The notes: generated from the sequence alone by a model not told the origin. A DNA stretch of 64,000 bases from Catajapyx aquilonaris (GCA_000934665.2 JYFJ02000421.1:62001-126000), one strand, 5' to 3'; counted from the first letter of the stretch, positions 24,560 to 39,655 are shown. Made by a program: numbers and translations.

Positions 24560-27150
24560 ATAAACAAAAGGAGGGGAATGGCGGGAAGCTCCTGATTGAC
24601 CTGCCGACTCTTTTCGTGTTCTCTCCCAGCTGTGTAATTATTTCCTGTCTGAAACCAAGACCAAAACGCTCCGTAAAAGGTTTCACCGCCCCCTCCAGAA
24701 AACGACGCACATAAAACTAGACTGGAAACAAGAAAACCGGGTGGGGCATAAACATCCAGATTGGCTCATTGTCGTCTACCTATAAAAATACCTGGGGTAG
24801 CTGGCACCCGGCTAATTCCCCGCGAAAGAGGAACCAATCTTGACAGTCCAATTGGAGCAAAAATTTCTCCGAGTCGCCATGTTGTATAGAAAACTCAAGC
24901 GTGACCTTCTCTTGAATAGGACAATGTTTTATATACCCCTAGATCCCCCCACTTTTGGGGGGGAGGGGGGGGGGGAAGGCCAGTCCAATTTGATACCGGT
25001 TTCATCATTGGAAGCCCCGCCACCGTAATGATAGGCGGCGACACTTGTAATTTCACACGGGCCTCTGATTACACACACATGTACGGAGCAAATAAATCCA
25101 GGCCCGGTCGCACATCTTCCTGATAACCAAACATATAGCTAAAGATTTTTCCATCCACCTTTTAGGATGACAATTTGTCTTCCACACAGCCCCATGTGGC
25201 CTCTGACCCCTTCAACGCCCTCTGTAATCAAGGTCAAAAACAGGTACCGCCTTGGTAAAAGTGGGGGTCATTTTAATTTTAAAACGACGCTTAATATTTT
25301 CCTCTCCGTGCCGGGGCCTGCGGAGAGACCATGGTCCCAAAAAAATAATATGGTAGAAAAAAAAGATGGCGGCATGCATGCCACAAAATGCCGCCCTCCT
25401 CTTCCTTTGCAGCAAGGGAAGATTCCCCGTGATAACCGTTCACACCTCGCTAAGATAATAGAGACATTTCGCCTTGCTCCGAAAATTAATCGTGGTGTCG
25501 CCCGTGGGCCAGCTAAATTGTATACCCTACGCCGCCAGCTGGCCGGCAGGAGCATTCATTTCGGGGTCTGACGGCTTCTCACGGGGCCCCCGTCACGTAT
25601 TAATATCATGTCGAACCTGTTTAAGCCGGCCATATTTATTCCCATGATTTGTTGGCCGGTGTCAAGAAAGTGACCTGGGCCCGGCCCCAACACGGCACAG
25701 GGATATCGGGGAGGTGCGACCGGGACCCTCCTCCGCCTCCCCTAATTCGGGCCGGCTCGGCACTATTCCTTTGAAATGTTTGTGGCCCACCTGAAACTGA
25801 CGTCACTCATCAATCACCCAGCCGCAATTAGAGCTCCGTGTAGACGTCACGTGCCATACCACCTTTCCCATCCACTTCTTCACATTTGTCACCAGATGGT
25901 AACTGAATTCAAGATGGCCGCATTGACCTCAAGATGGCGGATCTGCAACCAGTATGTTGACGATTTTTGTGTGTCATGTAGATACGGTGTAGATGGGGCA
26001 ACAAGGTGAAATTGGTCCTCACCCATCCTCGTCTCTCCGCATTGAGCCTAGGGGGGTCGGTAGTGGTTGGGAGGAAGGGAGGGGAGGGAGGGGGGGCGCC
26101 TAACTCAATCAACTTCGTGCCCGGCAATAAGGTCGGGATTATGGCTCGGTCAGCAAATCCGCTGCTGATGGGAGGATTTGTTGTCATTCCCACCTAAGTG
26201 GGCGAGGGCAGGGCTTTTGGGGGGAGCCGCTGTCACTCCCGCTGCATACTGAATGGGTCATTTGGCCGGCCCAAAAGTGCTGACAAGGATGCCCGGAATG
26301 GCAGCAGGGCATCAGGAATGGGGGAGGTGGGAGGTAGAGCGGAGGGATAGCCCCAGGAGTAAGCTTTACCCAAATGGCGCCTCTGGATTTCGGTGGTGTG
26401 GCGGCTTGGAAAAGAGGGGGGAGATGGAGTGGCGCCATGTTCAGCGCCCACACACCACATATTGCTTTGTTTACCAGTTTTCTCCACAAGTGCCAGACCT
26501 CTATAGTTTTACAGGTCGAGAGAGCATCCGGATGAAATTGGACCTATTCAGCTGGCACCGGGGGGGAAACAACAACTGCTTTTCCCACGGATGGTCCTCC
26601 ACCACTGTATAGATATGAAAATATGGTTTCCGGCACTTTTCAAGCTTTACGGCCGAGAATTTCCTCCAGACTCGGCAGATTTAATACCGTGGATGAAGCT
26701 AAGCAGATGTAGCAACTGCCAACAAATTGGTTTCTCTCTCGGGTGCTGCTTGCCTTTTTCTTGCGGCCCCAAAATGGCCGTGGGGCTAGCCCAAAAAATG
26801 TAGTTTAATCGGAACCGAGTCACGACAGGAACTGCGTGTCTCAGCCAATGGAAGACTTCGGAATCAAGTAGGCGGAAACTCCTGCGGTTTTTCCAAAAAG
26901 GGTTCCGTCTCCAATGCCTTCTGGGGTTCAAGCAGCAAAGTCTAACTTATGATCAGAGTCCCCTTGCTCTACACCACATTAAATGCGTCATTATCACGTC
27001 CCAAGCCCATGCCCCCTTCGTTCAGTGACAAGCGTGTCCAGAGCCCAAGAAAAATATTTTCAGGATGTCTTTTTAGCGCCACTTAATTCTTCCCGGGTGC
27101 CAGGCCAGACAATGGAGACCCCAATTTTCACCTGCTCTCTTTCTTTTGCC
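24560..27150. promoter_or_regulatory. GC/CpG-richer unique block, candidate cis-regulatory region
   Basis: Visibly GC- and CpG-richer than its flanks, with no recognised TE. Clustered AANATGGC (YY1/Pho-like) motifs at 25363, 25910, 25930 and 26770, TTCCCACG at 26582, and several CCAAT boxes. Motif evidence only. Confidence 0.3.
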
Positions 27151-30100
27151 CTTCCACAATCCTGATTAATCCACACGCCAAATTATTTCTTCCTCTCACA
27201 ATTTCCACCAGACACCGGCTTATGTAGTTTCCGATTTATGGTTCTCATGGGGGCACCCCCCTTCGCTTGCTTCATTCTTCCCCCTACTTCCCTTCAGGGG
27301 AAAACTTTTGACAACCAACGAGGTATTCACTTTTACCAAGGACTGATCCAAAATTGACTCTACACTTGGCGAGGCTATTGCCAAATATGGACTTTCTCAT
27401 ATTAAAAAAAAAACTCGCCAGCCAATTATGCTGGTTGAAAGCACAAGTAAGAAAAACAGGATTAGCGACAAAGATGAACGTATTCGGGTCGAAGGAGAAC
27501 GACCTCTAAATGTGTCCTGAGTCTCTGCTTCTGCAAGGGAGGAAAAATATGGCAAAACATGACGGCGTGAGTTGGATGTTGAAAAGGAAACCTGATTACT
27601 ACTTGTTCACTCTTATACGACCTGAGTAAAAGAGATTTAAGCTTTTCTTCAGATTTCCTAAGCCTTTGCAGATGCCGCATATTTTATCTAGATTTGTCTG
27701 TCGACAACGACTTGTGAGAGTAACTGTGCAAAAGTAACTGATTAAAATAATCAGTTGGTGCCAACAAATAGCCATATTAGTGGGACAAATATTTTTGATC
27801 ACCCCGTATACAATACATACAGGTTTACCCAAGTTGGTTATAAAACAGTGTTGCATCGATATGCCAAGATCAACACAGTATTATACTCCTCATAAAGATA
27901 GGTTGTAAGTACACATTGTATATTTTTAACTTATTGAGATGTGCTATGGCTACCTGGAGCAGTAACTTTTAGCTCAAGCATGATGGACAGAAAATTACAT
28001 GTCATGCTTGAAATGATTTCGCTTTAATTAACTAAGGATAATAAAGTTGTTCCGTCCAATATACGTTGCTGTTCCGCTAGCTCTGATGTGTCAGTTTATT
28101 TAGGATATTAAAAATAGTGGTCATATACTGGGGGTTTCACACGATGGACAGACGCAGACACGCACACTTCTAATTACGGCTGCATTTATTTATTATCTAA
28201 TGTAATTTTAAGCACATGCAGTGGGTGCTGCAAAGGAACCGCTATGCGATTACATCAGCAATTAAAAGTTACCTTGTAATGGGAGTTTTTTTCTGGAATA
28301 CAAGTGTATAAGGCCCACATTTAAAAAAACGCAATAATTATTTTTGTGCATTATCAATGCATGCTTTGCAATATGTGTACGCAGGGATTTACTGGCCTTC
28401 AGATAAATAAGATATCATTGTAAAAGTCCAGTGCTTTCTGGTATAGCCCCTGCCTGGCAGTCACGGATGACTAACATCATAAGAGCTCACCACTTGGGGA
28501 GAGTCCTTTGACCATATATGACTCAATGTCCACATCGTCTGTCTGGACAACAGTCCTTATTCTGATAGAAAAATGGGACGCCACCAATTCTGCCTTATTT
28601 CGCGTCCCTGTGGATACCAGATCCTAGCCATCAGTCACAGAAAATTATAGTGCCCAACAAAAACACTGACTAATCCCATGCCTTTTCTAATACAACATAG
28701 TATTTTTGTTTCTGATATGACAGCAGGGAACGTTGTAATAACTTTATTTCATATTCTGTATATGCAGCACAATTTTGCTTTGGAGTAGCAACACGGTATT
28801 GTTCTGGGTGTATCATCACAGATCACTATAGCAGTCTCTAGTAAGATGTTACTTTTGACATAGTATTTACCTATAAACAAGTTATTTTTAAGGGGTTATT
28901 GGTTCCGCTGCATATTGCGTGATGCCACGTTTCCAGGGTCTAAGTATAGTGATTTGTAACAATGGGCGCATGGCTGGTGGAAGATCTATTGCTCATTTCC
29001 TAGCAGATGGAGGCAAAACACTCTCGGTGATGTGATTGTCACCAACGGTCAGACGGTGCAATGAAACACATAATTATAGTGTATAATACAGGAACAACAC
29101 TAATAGGGATAAGATATTATAGTTTTTGAAAAATAACATTTTGAATAATACGGTAATCATTTCTTATACTGCACCGCTTTCTTAACTTATTGAGACTGCT
29201 CTGGAATAGAGAGACAGCCACTTCATTCCACAAAATTAACCATTAAAATGCGGGGTACTTGATCCAAGTTTACTACCAAGATGAAAAGGTTGTTGGTCAC
29301 ATCTTACATGTGATAAAACAGTGTTAAAACCCACGATATTTATCCCCAGTGGCCTTGTGCCGCCTTTCCCCCTAAAACATCTCACGTCACATCAGGCTGT
29401 AAAATGTTTCCCTGGTCACCCATATTCGTAAAACGGAAGAGGGTGCAAATCGAAGCATTCTTTCACCGGTGACCTCCGATACTCTAGATCAAAATAATGG
29501 TCTCCACGCTTCATAATAAAATAACCTGCTAGTAGATGACATTTTTTTATTTCGGGTATGTACGGTGACTAAAATTATCTTCATATAATCGTGACAGAGT
29601 CATATACGGTATGGTTCATGTAGATCTATATAAATGTCTTGTCACGTGACTGTGTTGTGACTAATAGCTAATAGGTGATGGCTGCAGCCTGTATATAAAC
29701 ATCCCAGAATGAGGCGCGCAAGATGCCCCGTACTGTACACTTTGACTCCGAGATAATACTTTCTTGCAACTTACAGCATTTACAGGCAATGATGTGGATA
29801 AGTCTTTTAAATGTGCGCGAAATTTATACCTTATGTCTCAAAGAGCTCAGAATTGTATACAGGATGTTCCTAGTATTTTTGTCACTTCTTGATAACTGAT
29901 ATCGCCCGATAGCAGTTATTTTTGTAGCTTGTTGTGCCCCCGAACCATGTCCTCCATTCTATAGCACCTGCTACATTCGACCCACTGGGCAGCTAGGTAA
30001 ACAAACTGGCCATAACAGAGGTCCATTATGTAAACCAATATATTTTACTTTGATTGATGCTGTAATATATTTTTTGACATACTAAAAATGTTTCTGGGAA

Positions 30101-31702
30101 GTTATTGCCGTTTCTAATTTTATTCAACGTGACTGTGGTACTCTTCTCCAAGTATTAGGGCTTGTGTGGTAGCCTATTTACTATAACACTCATGCCTCAA
30201 TAAAATAGTCTTCACCTGATTCAATAATTTCAAGCACAAGTGACTCACCACCTGCTGCAGTTATGAAATGATTTGCCTGTAAACAAATTCCTTTATGATT
30301 TTCCAGAAACCCAACTGATTGCAGATAGGTATCATTAATGACTGCGTCATTGTTATTTCTACCCAGAGGCAATAATTTATATGCTACTTACCCTCATTTC
30401 AGTGCCGATTCATCTCTAAATGAATGGGTAACATTTTAACCCATTTAAGTTAAAATCCCAAATCCTGTATATACACAATCTGAACTGACTGTAAACTATA
30501 TTCCTGAGGTTTCCATATAATGTACGATTTCAGAGATTTTTCACTCCAGTGCCATCTGTGGTCATACCACAGAAGTACTGACACTGCTGTGCTTAAAAAC
30601 AATATTATACTGTAGGGCTATATGTTATATAGCATTGAACAACATTATCTCCGAGTCTCCCACAACGATCCCCAGTGCTATAGCTGGAGTGGCGGAGTGC
30701 AAGCGGAAGCTTTCCCTCTTCCTCCTTCTCCAATAAGAGGTCCATTAGTGCAAGACGGTAGATTCTGGCTGAGGCAACGCCCGGAAAAGTCCCGTATTAG
30801 TCCCAATCCTCCCCCTTTCCCCGACATTATAAATAATGAACCACAACTTTATTCTGGGGTCGGCTGTTACCCGTTAATTCTATCAATTTCTATTAACAAG
30901 CTGTCCGACTGGCGGCGTCCAGAGGGCCCGAGAGACCCATCTGGCCCAAGTAAAAGGGGGGCCGGGATGGGTCTGGCGGGAACGACGCCCACGACGCCAC
31001 CTCCTCTCCCCCGCTCCATCCACCCGTCCACCCACCCCCTCAAACCCGCAACAAACACGACTCTCCCGAGGCAACTTAACCCAGCACATTGCTCGCTACT
31101 CTCAAGCAGCCCCCGGATTCGTTAAAGATTGTCCATTTAGGTTCCTGGGTGTACCGGGGCTTTGTATATATGCCCGGTTCTGGGAGAATTACCGAAGCCA
31201 AGTGATTCTGTACTGTACCTTGTACGATAAGGTACAGACAACTCGGGAATTCTGGGATACTAGATGATGGTATCACCTCAACCCTGGATTTGCCTTTGTT
31301 GTTGCCAGAAATGAACCAAACAATAAGCCAGAGATGAAGTTAAACTTTGAGTTAAACCTTCAATGGATAGGAAAAGTCAGAAGTTAATATAATATTGCTG
31401 ATATACATTTGAATTCTTGAGATAAAAGCCGTAAATACAAGTGACCCATGGTATTATGGATGGATGAGCCATCCCAAAAAGTGGTGACATATCGAACTAT
31501 ACCTTATTAGCAAGTAGGCTAGCACGTCAAAATTTACTTTCAAAATACTTCAGATTCAAGCATCCCTATTTCCGAGGTATAACTTACAAGAGATCAAATG
31601 GCACCATCCTTGTGAAGGGAAAGAAATTAGTTACTGGATGTCCTAGCAGTGTAAATGACACGATATTTTCTGAAGAAGAAAAAAAAATCCATAAAAATAT
31701 GT

Positions 31703-31845
31703 AGGGATTTCACATACCGAGCTCGGTATAACTTAGAACCTCGGTTACAAGAATTGCCATAGCAACCATTGTTGTAAACAATGAAAACTGAGGATTTTTC
31801 GAAAAGAAACTCGGATTTATAATATACTGATGAGCTCGGTAAAGT
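31703..31845. mobile_element. Degenerate relative of the 11218 Harbinger-like MITE
   Basis: accgagctcggtata ... aaagaaactcggatttataatatactgatgagctcggtaaa resembles both arms of the 11218 element. Confidence 0.55.
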
Positions 31846-33107
31846 TAAAATATCAATACTTACCAGTAAACACTAATGTAGAACGATCAGTCACATTTTA
31901 TTTGAAATTGAGTTAAGCGTTATGCAGTTCTTGATGCATACATTCTGGTTGTCAAATCACTTTTCTCATACAGAGAAATAATTACAGTCCTGCACGGAAA
32001 TATCTGATAAAAAGGTGTTGTCATAAGCGCGATAATGAACAAATTTCAATATTCAAACCTTACAGGTATATCATATCCCAAAACCAATTTTTGTGAGACA
32101 GATCATTCTGCATTTTAGATTTTCCTGTGTGTATGTATAAACTGTGAAAGTTCAATGTTTAGCATACCAGTAGTATGATTAAAGGTTCATCCACGAAAAA
32201 TTAAATTCGTGCTTGGTGGAAGTGTAGGGCCACTATATGAATGACATGCAGTGTTATAAGTAGCCAGATGCCCACGACAGGTGAGAATGTTAGTGCACCA
32301 TTATAATTCAATTCTTAATATAATAGCATTCATTTCATTGAAATGAAAATGAAAAACAATGGGTGCCCATTTCTTCAGTTTGTCCCCCATGGAGATTAAG
32401 AAACACATTATAAAAAGCAGGTGACAAAATATGATGAAATTGATAATTCCTGTAAAATATTAAATTACAGCTCATCGTTTAGCCTATCTAATGTCATCGT
32501 CGAGTGTCGCTTCTTCACCCGGCATATACACCTAGTTGCCAATCGTCCAACACCATGTTCAACACCCACCATATTTCACTACCACGTATCCACCTTCCCC
32601 CAATTTCCATGCAATCAATTCCACAAAATGCAAGTAGCCTACAGACCCCGCACACTCGAGTCAATCGGAAGAAAAGTGGAAATGGGGACGCTAGAGATAG
32701 AGAATCTGAGAGGAATGGCTGTCGACGAAAGAGGGAAGAAAAAGAAAATCGAAAATGATTTCGAGGGAATCAGGAGCTCCAAATCTTACCCGAAATCCCC
32801 GGTGAGGGATCCGGGCCTGAGAATGGGCCCGGAATGAAATTAGGGGCCGTAGACGCTAATTACTTGGCGAGGTGGAAAGAGTGAAACGGGCGCCTTGGAA
32901 AAGCTTCCTTCCACCCCCGCCTTCCCCCTTCTCCTCAATCCCCCTGTAAATGTGCGGCCTCGCTAACGTGGCCCCTACCCGCCTCCTTTTTCCCATTCCC
33001 CGACTTCCCTTTTCATTTCTTTCTCGCTCGACTCAAGTAGCCGCCTGGGAAAATCAGACCCGGGACCAAGGGTACGATATGGCCGGGGATGGGTCGAGAG
33101 GTCCCCC

Positions 33108-33109
<2 letters not shown>

Positions 33110-33151
<42 letters not shown>
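33110..33151 (+). repeat. Poly(A) tract (~42 nt)
   Basis: Read directly. No TSD or retroposon body recognised next to it. Confidence 0.9.
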
Positions 33152-33152
<1 letters not shown>

Positions 33153-36100
33153 ACCCTTCCTAGATCCACACAATATAGAAAAAGGTTAAGTCAAGTGATT
33201 CTAGGGTGTTTCGACCACTTTTTTTTCTTCTATAGTTAATAAGATTGAAAAAAGGTCTCCCAGTTGATAATGGCCCTTAAGGGTTTAGATGGGTGCGGTG
33301 GGTGGGGTGACTCGTAGATTAGAGCCTGAAGGTGCTTTCTATTCGCTCGCCTTTATGCATTTTTATATTTTATTACAACGCTTTCGAGGACATTAAATTT
33401 TGAGGCTTAATTTTATGCTGCTACTAAACCGTGCTTTCGCTACTTTTCGCAAATTGGAAGGCCAGAGCCATTCTTATATAGGCAAGAAACCTTGGGCCCT
33501 TAGCTGCCCATCTCAAGCTGCGTTAAAAAGGTCATTTACTTTAGACGTAAAAAAAATGTGGAATTGTAGGGTATATCTAGTGGTTCTCATTCAGCATGTA
33601 AACGCCAGAAAGCGTGGCAATCAGCTGGCTTACCTGCCCCATTTCCCCCCCCCTCCCTCCCTACTCTAGACCCCTACCTATCAACTTCCGCCAAGTCATA
33701 TTGATTTGTCCCGGGGGCCGCAGCCAATGGGAACCCATTCGCAGAGTTGCACAAACTCCGCCCCGTATACCATGGACAAAAAAAATAACAAAAAAAACAA
33801 GCTCTAAACAACTTCCGGATAATCCCAAAGGAGGCGGGGAGTCCCGCACAAAAATGAGGGTTGGGGGTATGGGTTAGGGTTAGGGGGAGACACATGCATG
33901 GTACGTGTGTGACTAGGAATCACATGCAGTGTATGGAAAATCCCAAGAGCACCAAAATGGCCACCGGTGGCAAAACTGGACCGTTTTTGGGGGAGAATGT
34001 CTGAAAATTATTTGAAAAAATATGGAAGAAATAAGTTTCACAAAAATCTAATTTAATTTTTAATTAATATTTAATATAGACCGGAAGTTTGGTTGTATTC
34101 GAATGGTTGGCTAAGCTTGTTTACATAGCTTTTGATGGGCCGCCTGGTCATATTTACAGTTATTAACCAGACTATTAAAATGTGTCACACATTTGTAAAA
34201 AAAAACTAGCCCGTCAGTTTGACAGTTACGGTTCACAGATGCACACCGGCTACACGCGTCGTAAGCAGGCATATCGTGTCCATTTGACTTCCATGCATTC
34301 GTAGACAATAGGCATTTAGGTACACCAGTGCATTTTCATAGATACACAGTGGTACACACTATAACTTGTATCAAGAAAAGATTTGAAAAAATTATCAAAA
34401 TATATGACCAGTGATGCTATCAGTTGGGTATACGCTTGTCCAAATATTTATTTCTGACATATACACTACAGTATATACTGGGGGATTTGGATCACATATA
34501 TATGACGATAGAAGTTACTTCTCAATTTACTGTCCTCTACTTGAAATCCCCATGACGTCAAATGGTTACAAAAATAGAAGCTCGTACTTTGTACTGGCAA
34601 TACGCAAGGGCACACAAATCAGCCTATTGAATATTTCACCAACAGGCTGCCAGCACTGGCTGCTGCATAATCATATACCGGGCTGGTTTAGGTGACAATC
34701 ATGATGGAAGCGGTGGGGGCCTATCGCCCACAAAAATAATTACAACACTTTACACCTTTTAGTCGAGCGAGGTGGTAATAGACGCAAAGCTGCCAATTCA
34801 TATCTGGGATAATTCAGAAACAACTAATCGTGATCAAACGAGTCCCGGATATCTGCGTTCATATATGCATTTTGGGCTTTGGTCGCACTGATGTGTCGCG
34901 CGTCATTAAGCTCGTCGTGAAAATCAATTTTACACTGCCGTTAATTGATGCTGCATTATTTTGCTCCACAGATAGGAAACAAGGCGATAAAAGTTTACGC
35001 CCCTGCTCCACTGCCGCCCCATCAAAGGTTATTATAAGTGACCGATTTAGGTCAACACCGTAGTAAAGCTACGCTAGCATTAATCATTGTTCCAACTTCA
35101 TTACGCCTACTTAAGTGAGCGAGAGATACTGATTAGCTTCCATAACTACAGTTGGAAATCAGGTATCCAGAGAGGGGGGGGGGAGGTTGCCGCATTAAAA
35201 ATTTGCGACCCTTCCTAGCATGCAGATTCTATGGTTTCCGAATAACTAATTGGACCGGAATAATAGAAGCACCCATCTCAGCAGCATCCCAATGACCAAA
35301 TCAGCACGGTTTTTTTTTCCAACAGAGGCTTAAACGTCGTGAGGCCGAACTAATCTAACTGGTTGGCACCATTGGTCAGGACTATACCGCTCTGTTAATG
35401 AAGTTGTCAGCCAGAGAAATTATTACTCACTTTGTAGAATCAACATCCCCTGAAGCTCCCGAATCAACAGAAGAATAACAGTCATTTGAAGCACGGAGTC
35501 GTGCGCTGTGATTGGAATTAATGTCGCCCACTCTCCAACATACGTGTCTTTATTTACCCCCTTTTTTGTGACCTAACTTCTTTTTTTCCCCTATGGCGGA
35601 CTCATTTTTACGAGCAACCCTTTTTTTTCTTTTTCAGGGGGTCTGTAATCTGGGCAGCCTTTTCCTTGATGAGGGCTTGAAACATTTGGAGTCTTAAATT
35701 GTGGCAGTGTCTTTGTTGTCCAGTTGTTGCGACAAGCCCTCTTTCAGGCAGGAAATAAATTACCTGAGCATCCGCTGGGAAGGGAGGTCAAAAGGTCAGC
35801 CTGCCCGTAAATTACATGTATGGTGGTGGTCAAAAGACACCGGCATATTTATATAACTTTCGCAATAGACCAGCCCGGACTATTGGAGAGTCAAACAGCA
35901 ATAAACAGCAGAACAAAAGCAGGTGAGAAAAAGGTGCAACAACCTAAAGCTATATTGATGGCCAAGTAATGTCAACAATGAATTAATTTTTGTAATTATT
36001 AAAATTATAGTATTAATAATATTTGAGATATATTTTGTACTTGTACAATCTGGCCATCAATATAGGGGCAAAATACTGCAAAATATACGAATTTTTCTAA

Positions 36101-39100
36101 ATTTGTGAGGAAATCACAACTGGAGAGTACGTTACATGTATATAAGATAACAGATGGGTAGCCTCGGTTTTTGAGAGAGTTGCAGCTGTCTAGGGCCGGC
36201 TGTAAACTCATCTGTACCTTTGCCCCTTCCCCCAACTGATTCATGACTAATTTGTGTCTCGCTGACCTTAAACGGAACTATAAACCCTTTGGCTCAAATT
36301 GCTCGTTTCTGGGCTCCCGCAGAAAAAGAGCCGACTAGCTTCAAATTGTTCACAAGGTGTCTCTTTTTCTTTCCATGTCAGTAGACTGGGTGTCACGGAA
36401 GTAATAATATGTTAGCAGGAGGATCTCAGCTGCACCGGTTATTTTTGGGCCGCTATTTTTGATGTGGTTCTCAGAATTGCCGTTTCATTTTTTATGGTTC
36501 TATGTATAGCAAAAGCTTTCATAGTACTACATGTTGCTTATGTCATACCTGACATGTGCTTTATCGACCATTTTCGTTGAGCATTGTATATTCATTGGGC
36601 CCTTAGCAGTAACCAAGATGTCTCCATCCTGGATTCAATATGGCTTCTTTATTTTCAACTTATTGTAACTAATTGTTCGGGACTTAAAAATCGGCTCAAT
36701 ACACTGGCTGATTGCGAAGCCCACAATACAGCTCGGAATGTTGCAAGATGTATAGGGTGAGGTCCATAATAGGATGTGAGGGCAGAGGTCATGGACAGGG
36801 TGGGGACGCTCATAAATAATGTAGACCCTTTACGGGGTAAGAAGGTTCGTAAAATTGTTACTAGGCGTTTAGAAAGGAAAATGTGAAGTGGAAGGCACGG
36901 TTACACGTAATAAGTCTGTCAGAGCAGTAAATGTGGTCTTGTCATCTGCCGAGGTGACCCCTTCTTACATCCACCACCTTTTATATTCTTGTGAGAAGCT
37001 GGGCAATTATCACCCAAATGGATAACAGCTTCTGACACACACGCACAAAAGGGTGGGGACAAGGAGGGCCGTGGCTCCACAATCACGTCAATAAAAAGGC
37101 GATGATAAAACGGAAAATGACGAGGAGTCATTCCAGACATTGACCCCGATTGGTCACACCACCACCTCCTATAATTACCCCTGTCAAATGGAGCTCTAGC
37201 CGAAAAATGGAGCGAAGGAATCCAATTTCCGTGCACCTCATCTTTTTATACAACATACAGAATAATATAGGGGGGTATATATAAACCTGGAGCAATCTAC
37301 CTCCCTCATCTATCTTCTTATCTATCTATCTCTTGTCGCACCTTTTCCCCGCCGCCACCGTGACCAGACCCATGCCTTAAGATGCCATTATATTGACAGA
37401 TTTAATTTGGGGGGCCTCTCCCCGTGAGACTATAAAATAGAGCTGCGAGCCAGGCATGCCTAATGGATTCTTTCTACCCCGCGAACATAATAGAGTCATT
37501 AGAGAAGGAGAGATAGATGCAACTGTCGCCCCCAGCACGCTATCAAAAGTTGCCCCACCACCCTTCTGTATGGAATTTTCCTGGTCTATAGACTTTATCG
37601 TGCAAGATAGGATATCCATTTTCGGGTGCCTGGGGACTTCCTCAGACCTGGGAGCATTGTTGGATCTGACATTGTTGCTCTATGTGTTATCTAAGGGACA
37701 CAACTTTGCTTACATGTAAGCAGGTTTGTCATCACTTACAGGCTGCAAAAATAACGTATCCTTCGGACACCATACATGGGTGTGAATATGGGTCATGGTG
37801 TCAAAGGTGACTGCCTGCATTTAGGGAAAATGTGACTTATACTCTGAGTAATGACTTGCTTTTGTATTGGGCTGTAAATAATGTCGGCAAATGCCGCACT
37901 CATTTTCTCCCGATAATTAAGTTAGCTCAGCTTGAGTTATGCTCGCTAACAGACATCCAATCAGCTGTTGTTTGCCGGTCTGTGGGAAGAAAAATGTATT
38001 GTTGCATGAAGATGTGACGTATGCTGGTGTGCATTAGAATCGTGGCCGATAAGTACAGCAAATAAATTATGACAATATATTAAATATTTTCAAAGGAAAG
38101 ATGGATTTGCAAAAGAGGTATGATGAACTCAGTTGTTAGGGTCTAAATATTGCAAAGAATACATGCCAGTTTTGTCATTGCTGCCAATAATTGTTGTTGG
38201 AAATTGTAGAGCCATAAAAACATTATAAGCAGCAATAACTAACAGGAAAAGATGCATGTTACTTTTTCTGATAATAATATACCGTATCTAATGTATAATA
38301 TAGGGAAAGAACAATTAAGGTAGGTGAATGGAATAAAACAAGGCCGGATGTAATTCTTATATTGTGACATAAAATATTATTGCTCTATGCATACACTGTA
38401 AATCAGGAAGATTAGCAGGATGAACATTAATTATTGCAGAGGGAAGCTGATTTGGCAACGCAAATAAAAATTTACGTAATTTGTACACGCAAATGTTATC
38501 ACAAAGCGGAAAGTTGTTACATTGAGACTGTTATTTACAAACCCACGAGTAAGATGCAAAAAATAAATAAGCACAACTTGAATTGTACATTTTTCGTTCC
38601 TAATTCAATGCGACACAGGGTATAACGACACCACTTGTATAAATATACACATGAAACGCCCGCGTATACTATACCCATGAACCAAGCTCTGGTATCATAC
38701 AGTACTGGCAGTGCTGATCCATACATTAACTTAATAGTATCCCTTCCCTTTACATCTACCTAACGAGATAACTGGGGACATAAGGCCCTCGCGAAGAAGC
38801 GGAATTGGCATGTCATGCTACATATTGACACAATAAGAAACCTGGGAAATAGTCACATGCACGACACGGCTCCTCCGCGACTTCACAACCGACTTATCGA
38901 CCCAAGTTATGTCGTTTGGGCTGGTATTAAAACAAGGCTGTGGTCTAGGACTGCCATAAGAGCTTGGTTCAGGTATGATATAGTTTTTACACAGTCATAA
39001 ATGTAAGATATTGTAAATTTTGAAATCAAATATTTCACGATTTTTTGAGGCCCATAACATTTACGTATTATGAGTGGCACGTTTAAAATATGCTTATTTA

Positions 39101-39217
39101 AAATTCGATCCTTAGTGCATATAATGCTACCGGCAATGTGTGAAATCCAGCATTATATAAAATACCTAAAATGGGCCGGCAAAGTATGAATTGCCTCTTA
39201 TTTCATACATTGCCTAT

Positions 39218-39515
39218 GGAATAATAATAATAATAATAATTCATACCCCGTTATCAGCCTATCGGCTCTTTAGGGGGGAAGTTTTGTTTTGCCTGGAACT
39301 CTTTGCTTTCATTTTACTGCACTTTTTGGGATGGGATAGGGACGGAAGGAAGCGGCTGAGTCCTATTAATTACGGAAGCAACTCCGGAATTTTCCTGGAA
39401 GGACCGTGGGAAACCACAGAAAACCACGGTCAGAGTTGCCGGCCCCGGGATTCGAACCCAGGACCTCCCGATTAGCAGTCGAACGCCTTATCCACTATGC
39501 CAACCTGCTTCGGTA
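39218..39515 (-). mobile_element. SINE family A copy with perfect 15-bp TSD
   Basis: TSD tcatacattgcctat at 39203-39217 and 39516-39530. A-box tggcatagtgg and B-box gggttcgaatccc on the minus strand. (ATT)n tail. Confidence 0.95.
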
Positions 39516-39655
39516 TCATACATTGCCTATAGGCATTTATAAATAACACCTCAGGGAAAACCGGCAAAATTTAGATTACTCCCGGCCACGCTACAGGGAA
39601 AAAGTGTGGCTACTCTTTCATATCGGGAGATCCCGCACTATACACCTGTACTTTC

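Noticed and set aside
33110..33151. Poly(A) as tail of a processed pseudogene or retroposon
   Set aside because: No TSD, polyadenylation signal or recognisable element body upstream.
33866..33886. Telomere-like TTAGGG repeats
   Set aside because: Only about two units, too short to call an interstitial telomeric repeat.
35702..35725. miR-34-like 5' end (tggcagtgtctt)
   Set aside because: The match ends after 12 nt and no precursor hairpin is evident.
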